IMG/VR virus record: IMGVR_UViG_3300037424_001259
Coordinates: 1-56,843 of that record
Length of the DNA stretch: 56,843 nt
Reading direction: 5' to 3' (one strand)
Source of the DNA: a virus
Lineage: Duplodnaviria > Caudoviricetes
Numbering within the stretch: the stretch's first letter is position 1; every line of letters starts with the position of its first letter. A program made the position numbers and the translations under genes. The notes beneath the pieces are model-generated. The model was given only the letters and a program-made list of their open reading frames with translations, did no database searches and was not told the DNA's origin. Positions 36,708 to 46,519 of this stretch are shown in pieces.

Positions 36708-38672
36708 ATGGCAGACGTTAGCTTCGACGGCGCAAACAAGATCATCCAGGTCACACTTGCGCCCGTCGATGGGGCGAACAGTATCGACGTGAAGATCGGC
36801 CTCTATTCCGATTGGAAGGAATGGATGCTCCTCACGGACAATACCAAGTACGAACAGGCAATGCGGGGAGTGGGCGGCGATCCGCTCCCCGGCTCCAAGG
36901 CCCTGGGGGACACGTACTTCCTGTTAAACGGCTGGAAGATTCGCCCTTACGAGGCGAGCCACACCATGACCGTCGAAGGCAACCTCTACTGCGAAGACGG
37001 CACGTCACCCTATGTCTCGACCGTCGGGACGTTCAATGTCATGGTAATCTCGGCGGTGTCGCAGTTGGTGTCGGCTACCGTGCAGCAGCTACCAGAGATC
37101 GAGTATGCCAGCTACGGCGGCGGCGTGACCATTGACGCTATCGGCGGCACAGTGGGGACAGCCTACCCCATCGGGACGGCAGCCTCCCCCGTCGATAATC
37201 TCCTCGACGCGCAGACCATCGCAGCAGCGCGGGGCTTCAGCAAGCTCTTCATCGTCGGCAATCTGACCATCGGCGCCGCCGAGGACATCTCAAGCTACGC
37301 CGTCGAGGGAGAAGACAAGGACAGCTCCACCCTGACCCTTACCGCTGGGGCGTTGAGCATTGCGGCCAATCTCCACAACCTGACCTTGACCGGGCGGTGC
37401 GGCGGCAGGATGAATATCCATCACTGCAACTTAGTGAATGTCGAGCACCTGTGCGCCACGGGCGGAGACGCGAACATCACTGACTGCAAACTGGCGGGAA
37501 CGATTGACCTGAATCAGCCAGCTAACCAGAATTACAACTTCACCAACTGCATCGGGAAGAGCGGGTTCATCCTCGATGTCAACGGCACTTCGGCAGGCAT
37601 CCACTTCACCGACTTCGCTGGAATCATCACGCTGCAAAACATCACCAGCGCAACGCAGAGCATTCAGATGGACATCGACTCTGCGCTGATAACGCTCGAG
37701 CCCTCCTGCACAGACGGGACGATCACCCTGCGCGGCATCGGCGTGCCGGTGGACAACAGCGCCGGAACGGTTGTGAACATCGACGGACTAGTCATTCTCT
37801 CGGACGTGCAGTATGCCAGCTTCGCTGGGGGTGCGACCATTGACGCGGTCAACGGCAACGACGCCAATCGCGGGAACGAGCAGTACCCGGTGCAGACGCT
37901 TCCAGTGGCTTTGGGTATTGCCGTTGCCAAGGGCTTCGACACGATTTTCGTCAAGGGCAATCTGACCATCGGCGCAACCGACATCATCAGCGGCTACACC
38001 CTCATCGGACAGGGGGCGAGTTTCAATGTGGCCAAGACGACAATCACGCTGACGGATGGGTGTACCACGGCGAACACCTTCTTCTCTGCTTGTAAGGTCG
38101 TGGGCCGACAGAATGGTGAGAGCATCTTCGACGACTGCGTGATCGGGGAGTTGACCAACAGCCACTGCCAGTTCAAGAACTGCGGGATGCTTGGCCCGGT
38201 CACGGTCACGAACAGCGGCTGGACAGCGAACCACGTTACCGATCTACTCAACTGTCATACCTCCCACGACTGGTATGTGCTGGACTACAACGCCTCACCG
38301 CTGCAGCAGGTCTACAGTAAGATGTCCGGGCGAGTTAAGATCACCAACTGCACGAACGCCCTGGCAAATATCATCATCGAGATGTCCGGCGGCGAAGTCT
38401 GGCTCGACTCTTCTTGTACGGCAGGAAGTATTACTATACGGGGCATGGGCAACTTGATTGACGAATCTGCCGGAGCGACGGTGGAGAACGACATTCTCGA
38501 CGGCTGCCACCTCCAGGATCTGCACGACGAGGCGTTCGGCAAGTGGACAATCAATCCAACCACAAAGAAGCTCACGATGTACAAGGCTGACGGGGTGACG
38601 GTGCTTAAAGAGTTCAATCTGACCGACACCACGGAATCCATCCCCGCCTACATCGCAAGGGTGCCGGTATGA
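36708..38672 (+). CDS. Beta-helix structural protein with an internal tandem duplication
   Basis: LYSDWKEW N-domain; duplicated YAS..GG.TIDA...GF...F..GNLTIGA units. Confidence 0.7.
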   Translation: MADVSFDGANKIIQVTLAPVDGANSIDVKIGLYSDWKEWMLLTDNTKYEQAMRGVGGDPLPGSKALGDTYFLLNGWKIRPYEASHTMTVEGNLYCEDGTSPYVSTVGTFNVMVISAVSQLVSATVQQLPEIEYASYGGGVTIDAIGGTVGTAYPIGTAASPVDNLLDAQTIAAARGFSKLFIVGNLTIGAAEDISSYAVEGEDKDSSTLTLTAGALSIAANLHNLTLTGRCGGRMNIHHCNLVNVEHLCATGGDANITDCKLAGTIDLNQPANQNYNFTNCIGKSGFILDVNGTSAGIHFTDFAGIITLQNITSATQSIQMDIDSALITLEPSCTDGTITLRGIGVPVDNSAGTVVNIDGLVILSDVQYASFAGGATIDAVNGNDANRGNEQYPVQTLPVALGIAVAKGFDTIFVKGNLTIGATDIISGYTLIGQGASFNVAKTTITLTDGCTTANTFFSACKVVGRQNGESIFDDCVIGELTNSHCQFKNCGMLGPVTVTNSGWTANHVTDLLNCHTSHDWYVLDYNASPLQQVYSKMSGRVKITNCTNALANIIIEMSGGEVWLDSSCTAGSITIRGMGNLIDESAGATVENDILDGCHLQDLHDEAFGKWTINPTTKKLTMYKADGVTVLKEFNLTDTTESIPAYIARVPV

Positions 38673-38893
38673 GTCTGGTAACCAAGGGTCTCGGCACTCG
38701 GCAGATGCTCCTTAAGGGGCTGGCTGTTGTCCTTGGCGCCATCTTGGAACAGAAGAAGGACACCGAGGCATTCATGCTATTCAACAAACGCAGACTTGCT
38801 AACCGGCGGGCGATAGAACTGGTACGATCAGATGAGCAAGACGTAATTGATATTTTTAATTGTCTGGCGGCGACCGAGGAGATATTCATATGA
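38669..38893 (+). CDS. Small hypothetical protein
   Basis: Coupled on both sides. Confidence 0.55.
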   Translation: MSLVTKGLGTRQMLLKGLAVVLGAILEQKKDTEAFMLFNKRRLANRRAIELVRSDEQDVIDIFNCLAATEEIFI

Positions 38894-41800
38894 GTGTCGG
38901 ATGCCTGAAGAAACACGGACTTGACCCCGGCACGATTGCCATTATTGAGAAGAAGGCGCTGAAGTACATCGCTGCCAAGGCAGAGATTCGTGACGCTTGG
39001 AGACAGGCGGCGCAGGAACATCTGCTTGATTTGGATGGGCAGAGGCAGAGGATTGAGGCTCTCGCGGCGCCGGCCGAGAGGAAGGCTGCTGCTGCCAAGG
39101 AAGAACGTCTTCCTGCCGCCATGCCGGCCCCTGCGGTCCCGGCGGAGAAGATCGCCGCGGTCGCCCCTCAGAAGAGCAACGCCGATCTCGCCATCGTCAA
39201 TGGGAACGCCGTGGCGAAGGACGAAGAGGCGCAGGTTCCTTTGATTCCAGAGAAGAAAGCGCGGCCGAGCATTCTCGAGGAGGCGCCGGCACCAAAGATC
39301 GGCGTGGATACTTCCTTCGATTTCGGGGCAAACGTCGCTCCCGCCCCCGCTCCAAAGCCCACGAACCCCGTCGCCGCGTACCAAGCGAAGATCAACGAAG
39401 AGTTCCCCCCAGGCGACACTCTTGTCCCCACCGAGCGGACAATTCATTCCAAAGGCGGCGTCATCGTTGATCGCCCTGCAAAGGACAAGCATCCTCGTGG
39501 TGGCGTCGTCATTCGTTTCGGATCGGGAAAGGAAAAGCATCTAACGCTTAAGGAAGCTCGCAAGTGGGAGGTCTTCAACGAACAAGACTTCCGCCTGATC
39601 GAGCAAGAGCGGTCCCGAAAAGAGATGAAAGGCAACGGAGAAGGCGCCTTCCTCATTGGCCTCATCAAGAAGTACGGGGGATTCGACCCAAGAATGGCCG
39701 GACTCCGCTCCGACTTTTTTCAGGACCTGAAGATTCCTCCAGGGATACTGAAAAAGGGGGCGCAGTCTGTCGACAAGCTGGCAAACGAACTCGGATACGA
39801 TGACTTTCACGACATGCTTGCCGATGTCAGGAGCGAACTCGAGACAGGGCGGCCTTCCTACAATGGTAAAAGAGATTTCCATGAAAACTTCCAACCAAGG
39901 GAGGTTCCCTATGGGCCTGTGCGTAGAGACACTGGAGAGAGAGAAGCTGGAACGCCATCCCGGCCAGCCAAGGAAACCAATGAGCCTGTGCGTTCCGGGA
40001 CCGGACGGAATGTGGATGATGCTACGGGACAACCCGTCGCCGGCCGCGAAGGATCTGGCGAGGGCGCTGATGCAGGAGGGAAGGGAGAACGCTATGGGGG
40101 GGATCTTGGGAACGCACGTCGTGTCCAAGGACGGGGAGATTCACATGACGTTGCGAGACAATCCGACGCCGGAGGCGCTGAGGTTCGCGAGGGAGTTGGC
40201 CTACGGGAAGTCTACGCCGTCAAGAGGCTACAAGAAAGTCTCCTCGAAAACAAAGAAATCAGCGAGGGCTTCAAGAAAAGAATCGCAGGAATAAAGCCCG
40301 CGCACCTTCCGCTCTCTCGCGCAGCAGAGGGCGAGTTGATGTCCGCTCTCTCAAAGTTCTTCGGGGTGTCGAAGAAGGTTATCATCGTCGACGCCAACGG
40401 TCTTTTCAACGGCGTCAAGGCGCTCGACAATTACATCTTCATCGACAAGGATGCCACGAATCTTCTCTCAAAGGTCTTCGTGCATGAGTTCGGCCACTTC
40501 AAAGGGAAAGAGCGCCAGGATCTCCACGACGTTCTCTGGCAACTTGTCGACCGCGAGAAGTTCAAGAAATGGCGAGCGGCCCGGGAAGCTACCCAAGAGC
40601 GCAGCGGCTATCCGTTTCTCTCTGAGGCCGCGGCGTTCGAGGAATTCACGAACGACATGATGGCCGAGGTCATCCACAACCCCGAGTTCTTTGAACGTCT
40701 CGCCGCCGAACACGTCGGCACTTTCCGCCGGATGATCATGTGGATCCGCGCCAAGATGATCGCGATGGGGATCAACCCGGAGGGGTTCGGGTACTACTTC
40801 TCTCGCCCTGGATCGTTCCCAGAAGCGGTGAAACAGATCGAGGACTTCGTTCGCAATCGGATCGAGAGCGTGCCGGGGGTGACGAAGGGCGATCTGGCGT
40901 TCTTCTCCCCCGCCAACGATCGTCAGTCCTGGGATCAATGGTCGACGAAAGAGAAGCAGGCCCGCCGTCTTGCCGCCGAAGCCAAGAAGGCCGGGGATGT
41001 CCAGACCGAGAACATGTGGACGGCCCGCGCAGATGAACTGAAAAGAAAGATCACCGCCGCTTCGTTGTCTGCAAACCCCGAGGATTTCTTCGGAAGAGCG
41101 ATGTTCTCGCCGCGGGACGACGCTCCGCCCGCCATGTCCGAAATGCTGACGGATTCCGTGTACAGAAAGAAAGTCAGCGACAATTACTTCAAGGACGAGA
41201 CGCTGTCTGCCAACAGCCGCCTAGTCCCGCAGGTTCCGCAGGGATTGAAACTCGGTATGTGGCGCTACGATGACTGGGGCAAAGGCGTTTACGGGCACGG
41301 GATGTCGCAGCTCAGACTCTTGGATCCAAGCACGCTCCTGCTCGGCGAAGACGTTGACCAGAATGGTCGACGCCCGGATGCCGACCGCTACGCTGAATGG
41401 TTCAAGGAAGGCAAGGCTGCCCCGCCGATCGAGGTCGTGGAGACGGACAAGGGCCTCATGCGCGTCTCAGACGGGCACCGCAGGGTAGCCTCTGCCAAGA
41501 AGAACGGTGTCCCGGTCCTGGCTTGGGTGTCGCCTTCGATGGACGTTCTCCCGGGCAAGGACGGCAAGTTGTCTCGGTACAATGGCGATCCGAAGATGCC
41601 TGTCATCAAGACCGGCCTGACCTACGAGGCATGGAAGGACGGCACTGGGAAGCGCACGACGCCGCTCGAGGGCGGATTCTCGGATCCGGGGCTTCCGGTG
41701 CCGCCGGACTTCCCGATGTTCTCCCCCCGCGCCCAAAAGCCCTACACCCCCGACTGGGCAGCGATCGCCGCCAGCCAGGATGTTGCCCATCAGGTGGCGC

Positions 41801-44661
41801 TGAGAAAGACCTGGGTGAACTCCGAGATCACAACCCTCGACAATGCCCTGCGCATCTGGCAGGACCGCAACGTCGACATGCTCCGAACGAAGCAGGACAT
41901 CGAGAAGCAAATCGGTGCGCTGAACGACGAGGTGAACTTCCGCCAGAAGGAAACCCTCGCGATCTCCAAGGTTGCGGATCGTCAAGGCGAACTCAAAAAG
42001 CGCTTCGAGAAACCCATTTCAGAATTGATCGCGCTGTACAACGAGACCATCGAGTCGGTCGGCGAATACCTGAGTATGCGCCACGCCGAGGAGTACAACG
42101 ATGTCATCGCCAAGCGCAACCCCGGTTTCGAGGGGCCGGGGTCCGGGATCGAGACTGAGGCCGCCCGGAAATACCTCGAGGGGCTCTCAAAGGAACGCCG
42201 CGAAGGACTCGAGGGAATCGAGGAACTCATCCGGGCTTACAGCGCCACCGTCGAGGACATGATGGTGGAGTACGGGCTTGAAACGCGGGAGACGATCGAC
42301 CTCTGGCGGGAAATGTACCCGCACTACGTTCCGTTCCAGCGCGAAGGGGCGGACGAGGGCGAGGGCATCGGCAACAGGACCGGCAAGGGCATGAACATCC
42401 GCGGCGGAGAGTCGAAGGTCGCGCACGGATCTTCCCTGCCGATCACGAACGTCCTGGCGAACATGTTCGAGAAGGGGCGCCGGACCATCATGCGCGGGGA
42501 GAAGAACCGCGTCGGCAACGCCACCTACGGCGCCGCGGTCAAGTACCAGAACAAGGACTTCTGGAAGGCGGTCAACCCCGAGCGCGTGAGCAAGAGACGG
42601 TTCGCCGCCCTCGAGGCCGAAGCCAAGGCCCTCCAGGAAGAAATCGACATGATCGCGCAGGGGGACTTCCTTGAGGATGAGAACGCCGGGAGGAACGCCG
42701 ACCTCGAGGCCAAATTGAAGAAGGTCGAGAAGGCCATCGACCGCTGGCACGTCGACCGGGCAGAACTCAACAGGGAAATGGCGCGGCTGGGAGTCCCTGC
42801 GGCCGACGTTGAAGCGATCTTCGACGAGCCAAAAGAGCGCTACCTCAACCCCTACACGAAGCAGACCGCGTGGCGCGTGAACTCTGCCGTGCGCGACAAG
42901 CCCTACGTCCTGGCGACTCGGTTCAAGGGGCAGGATCACTTCCTGTTCTTCAACAACCGCAACCCCCGCGCCCTCGAGATGGCGAAGGCGATGAAGAACA
43001 TGGACGTGGAGGATCTCCACTTCATGCTCGCGGCGATGTCGAAGTACACCCGCGTCTTCGCCTCGCTCTCGACGCAGTGGAACGTGTTCTTCGGCCCGGT
43101 CAACGCTGTCCGTGACGTGCAGGAGGCCATGCTGAACCTGACGAACACCCCACTGGCGGGTCGGCAGGACGACGTTGTGAAGATGGTGCCCAAGGCCATC
43201 CTAGGGATCTACAAGGACGTGCGGGGGCGCCGCGCTGGTATGGATCCTGACCTCACGGACCCGGTTGTGCTCGCGGCCAATGAGTACCGTGAGAATGGCG
43301 GGATGACAGGCTTCGTCACCATGCTTGCGGACGCACAGGAACGGGCGGAGTCGATCGAGAAGGAACTCAAGAAGATCACCGAAGGGAAATTCAGGGGCGC
43401 CGGCCGAGCAATCATCGACTGGGTCTCCGACTACAACGAGGCGCTCGAGAACGGGACCCGGCTGGCGGTCTTCATGACGGCTCGCGAGAACGGTCTGAGC
43501 CCCGAGCAGTCGGCCGCCATGGCGAAAGAGATCACGGTCAACTTCAACCGCAAGGGGCAGATCGCTTCTCAGGCCGGAGCGATGTACGCCTTCTTCAACG
43601 CCGCAGTTCAGGGTTCCGCTGTCATGGCGCGGACCTTGGCCGGGCCTGCAGGTAAGAGGATCCTAGCCGGTGGACTGGCCTTTGGGGCCATGCAGGCTCT
43701 CTTCTTGGCCGCCGCGGGCTACAAGGACGACGAGCCGCCGGACTTTGTGAAGCAAAGGAACATCATCATCCCCTGGTTCGACGAGGGCAAGAACTACACG
43801 ATGATCCCGCTGCCTCTTGGCTTCGCTATCCTCCCGAGCCTAGGCCGGATGGCTGCCGAGCAGATCATCGGCGAAGGCAAGCGGCCTGGGAAGCTGGCGA
43901 CGAACCTCCTAGGGCTCGTGGCCGACACCTTCATCCCCACCGGCGGCGGCGGGAACCCCAGTTCCCTATCGAAGTTCGCGGTCAACGCTGTCGCCCCGAC
44001 CGCGGGTCGGCCGATCGCAGCTCTGGCAATCAACGAGGACTACACCGGGCGCCCCGTCTTTCGGGACAACTTCTCCTTCCGCGAGCGCACTCCCGGATTC
44101 ACGCGCACCAAGGACTCAGCCTCCGCTCTCGGAAAGGCTGTCGCGGAGTTTTCCAACTGGGCCTCCGGGGGGACGCAGGACACGCCCGGATCGTTCTCTC
44201 CGACTGCAGACGAATTCGACTTCCTCGTTTCCCAGTACGCGGGAGGTGTTGGCCGGGAAGTAATGAAGACCGCAATAACCGCAAGCGCTGTTGCTCAGGG
44301 AAAAGAGATCCTCCCCTACAAAGTTCCTCTTGTCGGACGCTTCTGGGGGTCTGCTTCTGGATCCTATGCCGTCAAGAATCACTTCTACGAGAACCTCCGG
44401 CTGGCCTATGAGCACAAGAACGAGATCGAGGGCAGGGGAAAGCGCGGTGAAAACATCGAAGATTACATCAAGAAGAACCCGGAGGCTGGCGCGTTTAAGA
44501 TGGCGATGGCGTTCGAGGGGGATCTCGATAAACTCAAGGACGCCAAGACGAAAGCGAACGCACAGGGATTTCATGCTCACAACAGGTATTTCGATCAACA
44601 GGCTATCGGCATGATGGAAGAGTTCAACAAGCAGTTTGACAGGCTGAAGAAAAGGAAGTAG
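38890..44661 (+). CDS. Giant polyvalent ejection protein (HExxH peptidase-like, ParB/Srx-like and C-terminal LPD38-like domains)
   Basis: VFVHEFGH; PPIEV....G.MRVSDGHRRV; EITVNFNRKG, YAFFNAAVQG and IPLPLGF; ATG at 38890 coupled by ATGA. Confidence 0.8.
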   Translation: MSVGCLKKHGLDPGTIAIIEKKALKYIAAKAEIRDAWRQAAQEHLLDLDGQRQRIEALAAPAERKAAAAKEERLPAAMPAPAVPAEKIAAVAPQKSNADLAIVNGNAVAKDEEAQVPLIPEKKARPSILEEAPAPKIGVDTSFDFGANVAPAPAPKPTNPVAAYQAKINEEFPPGDTLVPTERTIHSKGGVIVDRPAKDKHPRGGVVIRFGSGKEKHLTLKEARKWEVFNEQDFRLIEQERSRKEMKGNGEGAFLIGLIKKYGGFDPRMAGLRSDFFQDLKIPPGILKKGAQSVDKLANELGYDDFHDMLADVRSELETGRPSYNGKRDFHENFQPREVPYGPVRRDTGEREAGTPSRPAKETNEPVRSGTGRNVDDATGQPVAGREGSGEGADAGGKGERYGGDLGNARRVQGRGDSHDVARQSDAGGAEVREGVGLREVYAVKRLQESLLENKEISEGFKKRIAGIKPAHLPLSRAAEGELMSALSKFFGVSKKVIIVDANGLFNGVKALDNYIFIDKDATNLLSKVFVHEFGHFKGKERQDLHDVLWQLVDREKFKKWRAAREATQERSGYPFLSEAAAFEEFTNDMMAEVIHNPEFFERLAAEHVGTFRRMIMWIRAKMIAMGINPEGFGYYFSRPGSFPEAVKQIEDFVRNRIESVPGVTKGDLAFFSPANDRQSWDQWSTKEKQARRLAAEAKKAGDVQTENMWTARADELKRKITAASLSANPEDFFGRAMFSPRDDAPPAMSEMLTDSVYRKKVSDNYFKDETLSANSRLVPQVPQGLKLGMWRYDDWGKGVYGHGMSQLRLLDPSTLLLGEDVDQNGRRPDADRYAEWFKEGKAAPPIEVVETDKGLMRVSDGHRRVASAKKNGVPVLAWVSPSMDVLPGKDGKLSRYNGDPKMPVIKTGLTYEAWKDGTGKRTTPLEGGFSDPGLPVPPDFPMFSPRAQKPYTPDWAAIAASQDVAHQVALRKTWVNSEITTLDNALRIWQDRNVDMLRTKQDIEKQIGALNDEVNFRQKETLAISKVADRQGELKKRFEKPISELIALYNETIESVGEYLSMRHAEEYNDVIAKRNPGFEGPGSGIETEAARKYLEGLSKERREGLEGIEELIRAYSATVEDMMVEYGLETRETIDLWREMYPHYVPFQREGADEGEGIGNRTGKGMNIRGGESKVAHGSSLPITNVLANMFEKGRRTIMRGEKNRVGNATYGAAVKYQNKDFWKAVNPERVSKRRFAALEAEAKALQEEIDMIAQGDFLEDENAGRNADLEAKLKKVEKAIDRWHVDRAELNREMARLGVPAADVEAIFDEPKERYLNPYTKQTAWRVNSAVRDKPYVLATRFKGQDHFLFFNNRNPRALEMAKAMKNMDVEDLHFMLAAMSKYTRVFASLSTQWNVFFGPVNAVRDVQEAMLNLTNTPLAGRQDDVVKMVPKAILGIYKDVRGRRAGMDPDLTDPVVLAANEYRENGGMTGFVTMLADAQERAESIEKELKKITEGKFRGAGRAIIDWVSDYNEALENGTRLAVFMTARENGLSPEQSAAMAKEITVNFNRKGQIASQAGAMYAFFNAAVQGSAVMARTLAGPAGKRILAGGLAFGAMQALFLAAAGYKDDEPPDFVKQRNIIIPWFDEGKNYTMIPLPLGFAILPSLGRMAAEQIIGEGKRPGKLATNLLGLVADTFIPTGGGGNPSSLSKFAVNAVAPTAGRPIAALAINEDYTGRPVFRDNFSFRERTPGFTRTKDSASALGKAVAEFSNWASGGTQDTPGSFSPTADEFDFLVSQYAGGVGREVMKTAITASAVAQGKEILPYKVPLVGRFWGSASGSYAVKNHFYENLRLAYEHKNEIEGRGKRGENIEDYIKKNPEAGAFKMAMAFEGDLDKLKDAKTKANAQGFHAHNRYFDQQAIGMMEEFNKQFDRLKKRK
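39911..40294 (+). CDS. Overprinted +1-frame gene nested in the giant protein
   Basis: GGAGG SD 6 nt before ATG 39911 (alternative ATGs at 39881 and 39980); internal repeat LRDNP.P.A...AR.L conserved only in this frame. Confidence 0.6.
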   Translation: MGLCVETLEREKLERHPGQPRKPMSLCVPGPDGMWMMLRDNPSPAAKDLARALMQEGRENAMGGILGTHVVSKDGEIHMTLRDNPTPEALRFARELAYGKSTPSRGYKKVSSKTKKSARASRKESQE

Positions 44662-44711
44662 AAAGGCGGGATCATGAACCGCATCAATCTGGTGGCGAAG
44701 AGGCTTATCCC

Positions 44712-45029
44712 ATGAGCGACTACACCGCGCAGCATCAGTTTTTCTTCGCGCTCTGCCGCTGGGGCCTGGCCGCGGAAGCACGGGGCTACCTCGTCACGGG
44801 CGGCGACTACTATCGCGACCCGCGTGCAACTTTCCCTTACTCGTCACCGCGCTCATACCATGCGCGACGGCTGGCCTTTGACCCGAACCTCTTTCGCGAC
44901 GGTGTTTACCTCACGACTGTCGAGCAGTGGCGGGAAATGGGTGAGCTGTGGGAATCGCTCGGCGGAACGTGGGGCGGGCGGTGGAGCAATGGTGACGCGA
45001 ACCACCTGTCGTGGGGAGAGGGCCGATGA
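44712..45029 (+). CDS. Endolysin, M15-family Zn peptidase
   Basis: SYH..RLAFD and WGGRW...DANH motifs. Confidence 0.85.
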   Translation: MSDYTAQHQFFFALCRWGLAAEARGYLVTGGDYYRDPRATFPYSSPRSYHARRLAFDPNLFRDGVYLTTVEQWREMGELWESLGGTWGGRWSNGDANHLSWGEGR

Positions 45030-45127
45030 GCGGCGGCGAGGTCATCGTCAACGCCCTGGCAGTGGTGGGCGCGATGGTGGTGCTCGCCGGACTTGTGATG
45101 GTGCTCTCGGCGTGGTGGGACAGATGA
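45026..45127 (+). CDS. Small single-TM peptide (33 aa)
   Basis: ATGA-coupled to the endolysin; hydrophobic. Confidence 0.5.
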   Translation: MSGGEVIVNALAVVGAMVVLAGLVMVLSAWWDR

Positions 45128-45247
45128 CCTGCCCCGACTGCGGGTTCGCGCATCCGCACGCCTTCGCCACCTGCCCGGCGTGCGGGTGGTGCCCGACGTG
45201 AAACGATTGACCGTGGCGCCCGGGTGGCGCGGAGGAGGAATGTAACC

Positions 45248-45886
45248 ATGAAAGCCTCGAGAACTGCGGCAATTCTCTTCCTGGCGCTCCTCGTCGCTCC
45301 CGGCTGCGCCGCCTGGTGCAACAAGCCGGATCCCGGGTACCTCAAACTGATCGCCTGCAGCGCGGTCATGCCGACGCCCCAGCCGCCGGCCGAGCCCGGG
45401 ACAGTCATCACCCCCGGCGTACAGGAGTGCGTCACGTCGAGCGTCCCGGCGTACCTTCAGCTCGAGATCCGCGGAAAGCAGCCGGGCAATGCCGAACGCG
45501 AAGAAGTGACGATGTGGGCCTTCGCCGAGGGCGGCGACTGGCGAGGGGGAAATCCTCTGCCGCCGACATTCGGGGTCCGCTGCAACGACTCCCGGCCGGA
45601 CTGGGCCAAACTCAAGGTCTACCGCGACGGCCACACCGGGGCAGCCGAGAAGGAGCAGCCGCTCGCCATGGCCTGGAATCCCGCCGAGACGTACCGCTTG
45701 AGGCTCGACGTTGCCCCAGGACTGGTCACCTGGACGGCGGGGAGGCTGAGCGACGGGGTGACGGTCAAGGCCCGGCAGGAGGCCGCTACGCCGAGCAGGG
45801 TCACGATCTGCTGGGGGGACCCGGGGACTCGCAAGGCGGCTATCGGGGCGACCGTGTGGAGGGTTGAGCGGGGGGTGACGCCGTGA
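45248..45886 (+). CDS. Secreted protein or lipoprotein in the lysis module
   Basis: GGAGGAGG SD; signal MKASRTAAILFLALLVAPGC. Confidence 0.6.
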   Translation: MKASRTAAILFLALLVAPGCAAWCNKPDPGYLKLIACSAVMPTPQPPAEPGTVITPGVQECVTSSVPAYLQLEIRGKQPGNAEREEVTMWAFAEGGDWRGGNPLPPTFGVRCNDSRPDWAKLKVYRDGHTGAAEKEQPLAMAWNPAETYRLRLDVAPGLVTWTAGRLSDGVTVKARQEAATPSRVTICWGDPGTRKAAIGATVWRVERGVTP

Positions 45887-46110
45887 CCCTCAACCGCCGC
45901 TACACCGCGCTTTGGATTCTTTGGCTCCTCGCGTTCGCCGTGCTGGAGGGGGCTGCCCTGCTCGACCCGGGAGCCGGGGACACGTTGACGGAGACTGTCA
46001 GGAAGTGGCTCGCCCTGTCGAGCCGAGAGCAGTGGGTGGGCCGGACTGCGCTGGCAATAGGGCTGGCCTGGTTGACACACCATTTCATGAAGCCAAAAAA
46101 GGAGAGGTGA
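45883..46110 (+). CDS. Two-TM membrane protein (holin candidate)
   Basis: Two hydrophobic helices; GDTLTE..RKW motif. Confidence 0.6.
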   Translation: MTLNRRYTALWILWLLAFAVLEGAALLDPGAGDTLTETVRKWLALSSREQWVGRTALAIGLAWLTHHFMKPKKER

Positions 46111-46114
46111 CACC

Positions 46115-46447
46115 ATGTCCGCAATTATCCTCGCACTCGTCAAGCAGCTCGCGCCCGTCGTGATCGGCCCGATGGTGACCAGCGCCGTGAAGTGGCTGAT
46201 GGCTCGGTTCGGCACGAAGCTCCCGGCGCTTGCAAAGGTCGCGGTGAGCGCAGCCGCCGGAGCCGTGACCGCCGCCACCACCGGCAACGTGACCGACCTG
46301 GCAGCAGCTACGGCCACGATGGTCGGGGGTGGCATTGCCGGAGCGGCTGGTAGCAAGGCCCGGGACGTGATCGTCGGCAAGCCGGAAGCGTGCGCCCCCG
46401 GCGAGTTCGTGCCGCCCTGGACGGACAAGAGCAACGGCGAGGGGTAA
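46115..46447 (+). CDS. Membrane protein (holin candidate)
   Basis: Hydrophobic Ala/Gly helices; last gene of the late operon. Confidence 0.55.
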   Translation: MSAIILALVKQLAPVVIGPMVTSAVKWLMARFGTKLPALAKVAVSAAAGAVTAATTGNVTDLAAATATMVGGGIAGAAGSKARDVIVGKPEACAPGEFVPPWTDKSNGEG

Positions 46448-46519
46448 CCCCTACCCGTCACCCCCCTGCGGCCTCCGGCACCCGGATCCTCCCCGGGATA
46501 ATCCTCATGGCGCTGGGGA

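Noticed and set aside
19751-38672. Diversity-generating retroelement acting on fibre genes
   Set aside because: No reverse transcriptase is present and I saw no TR/VR pair differing only at adenines; the repeats found are in-frame domain duplications.
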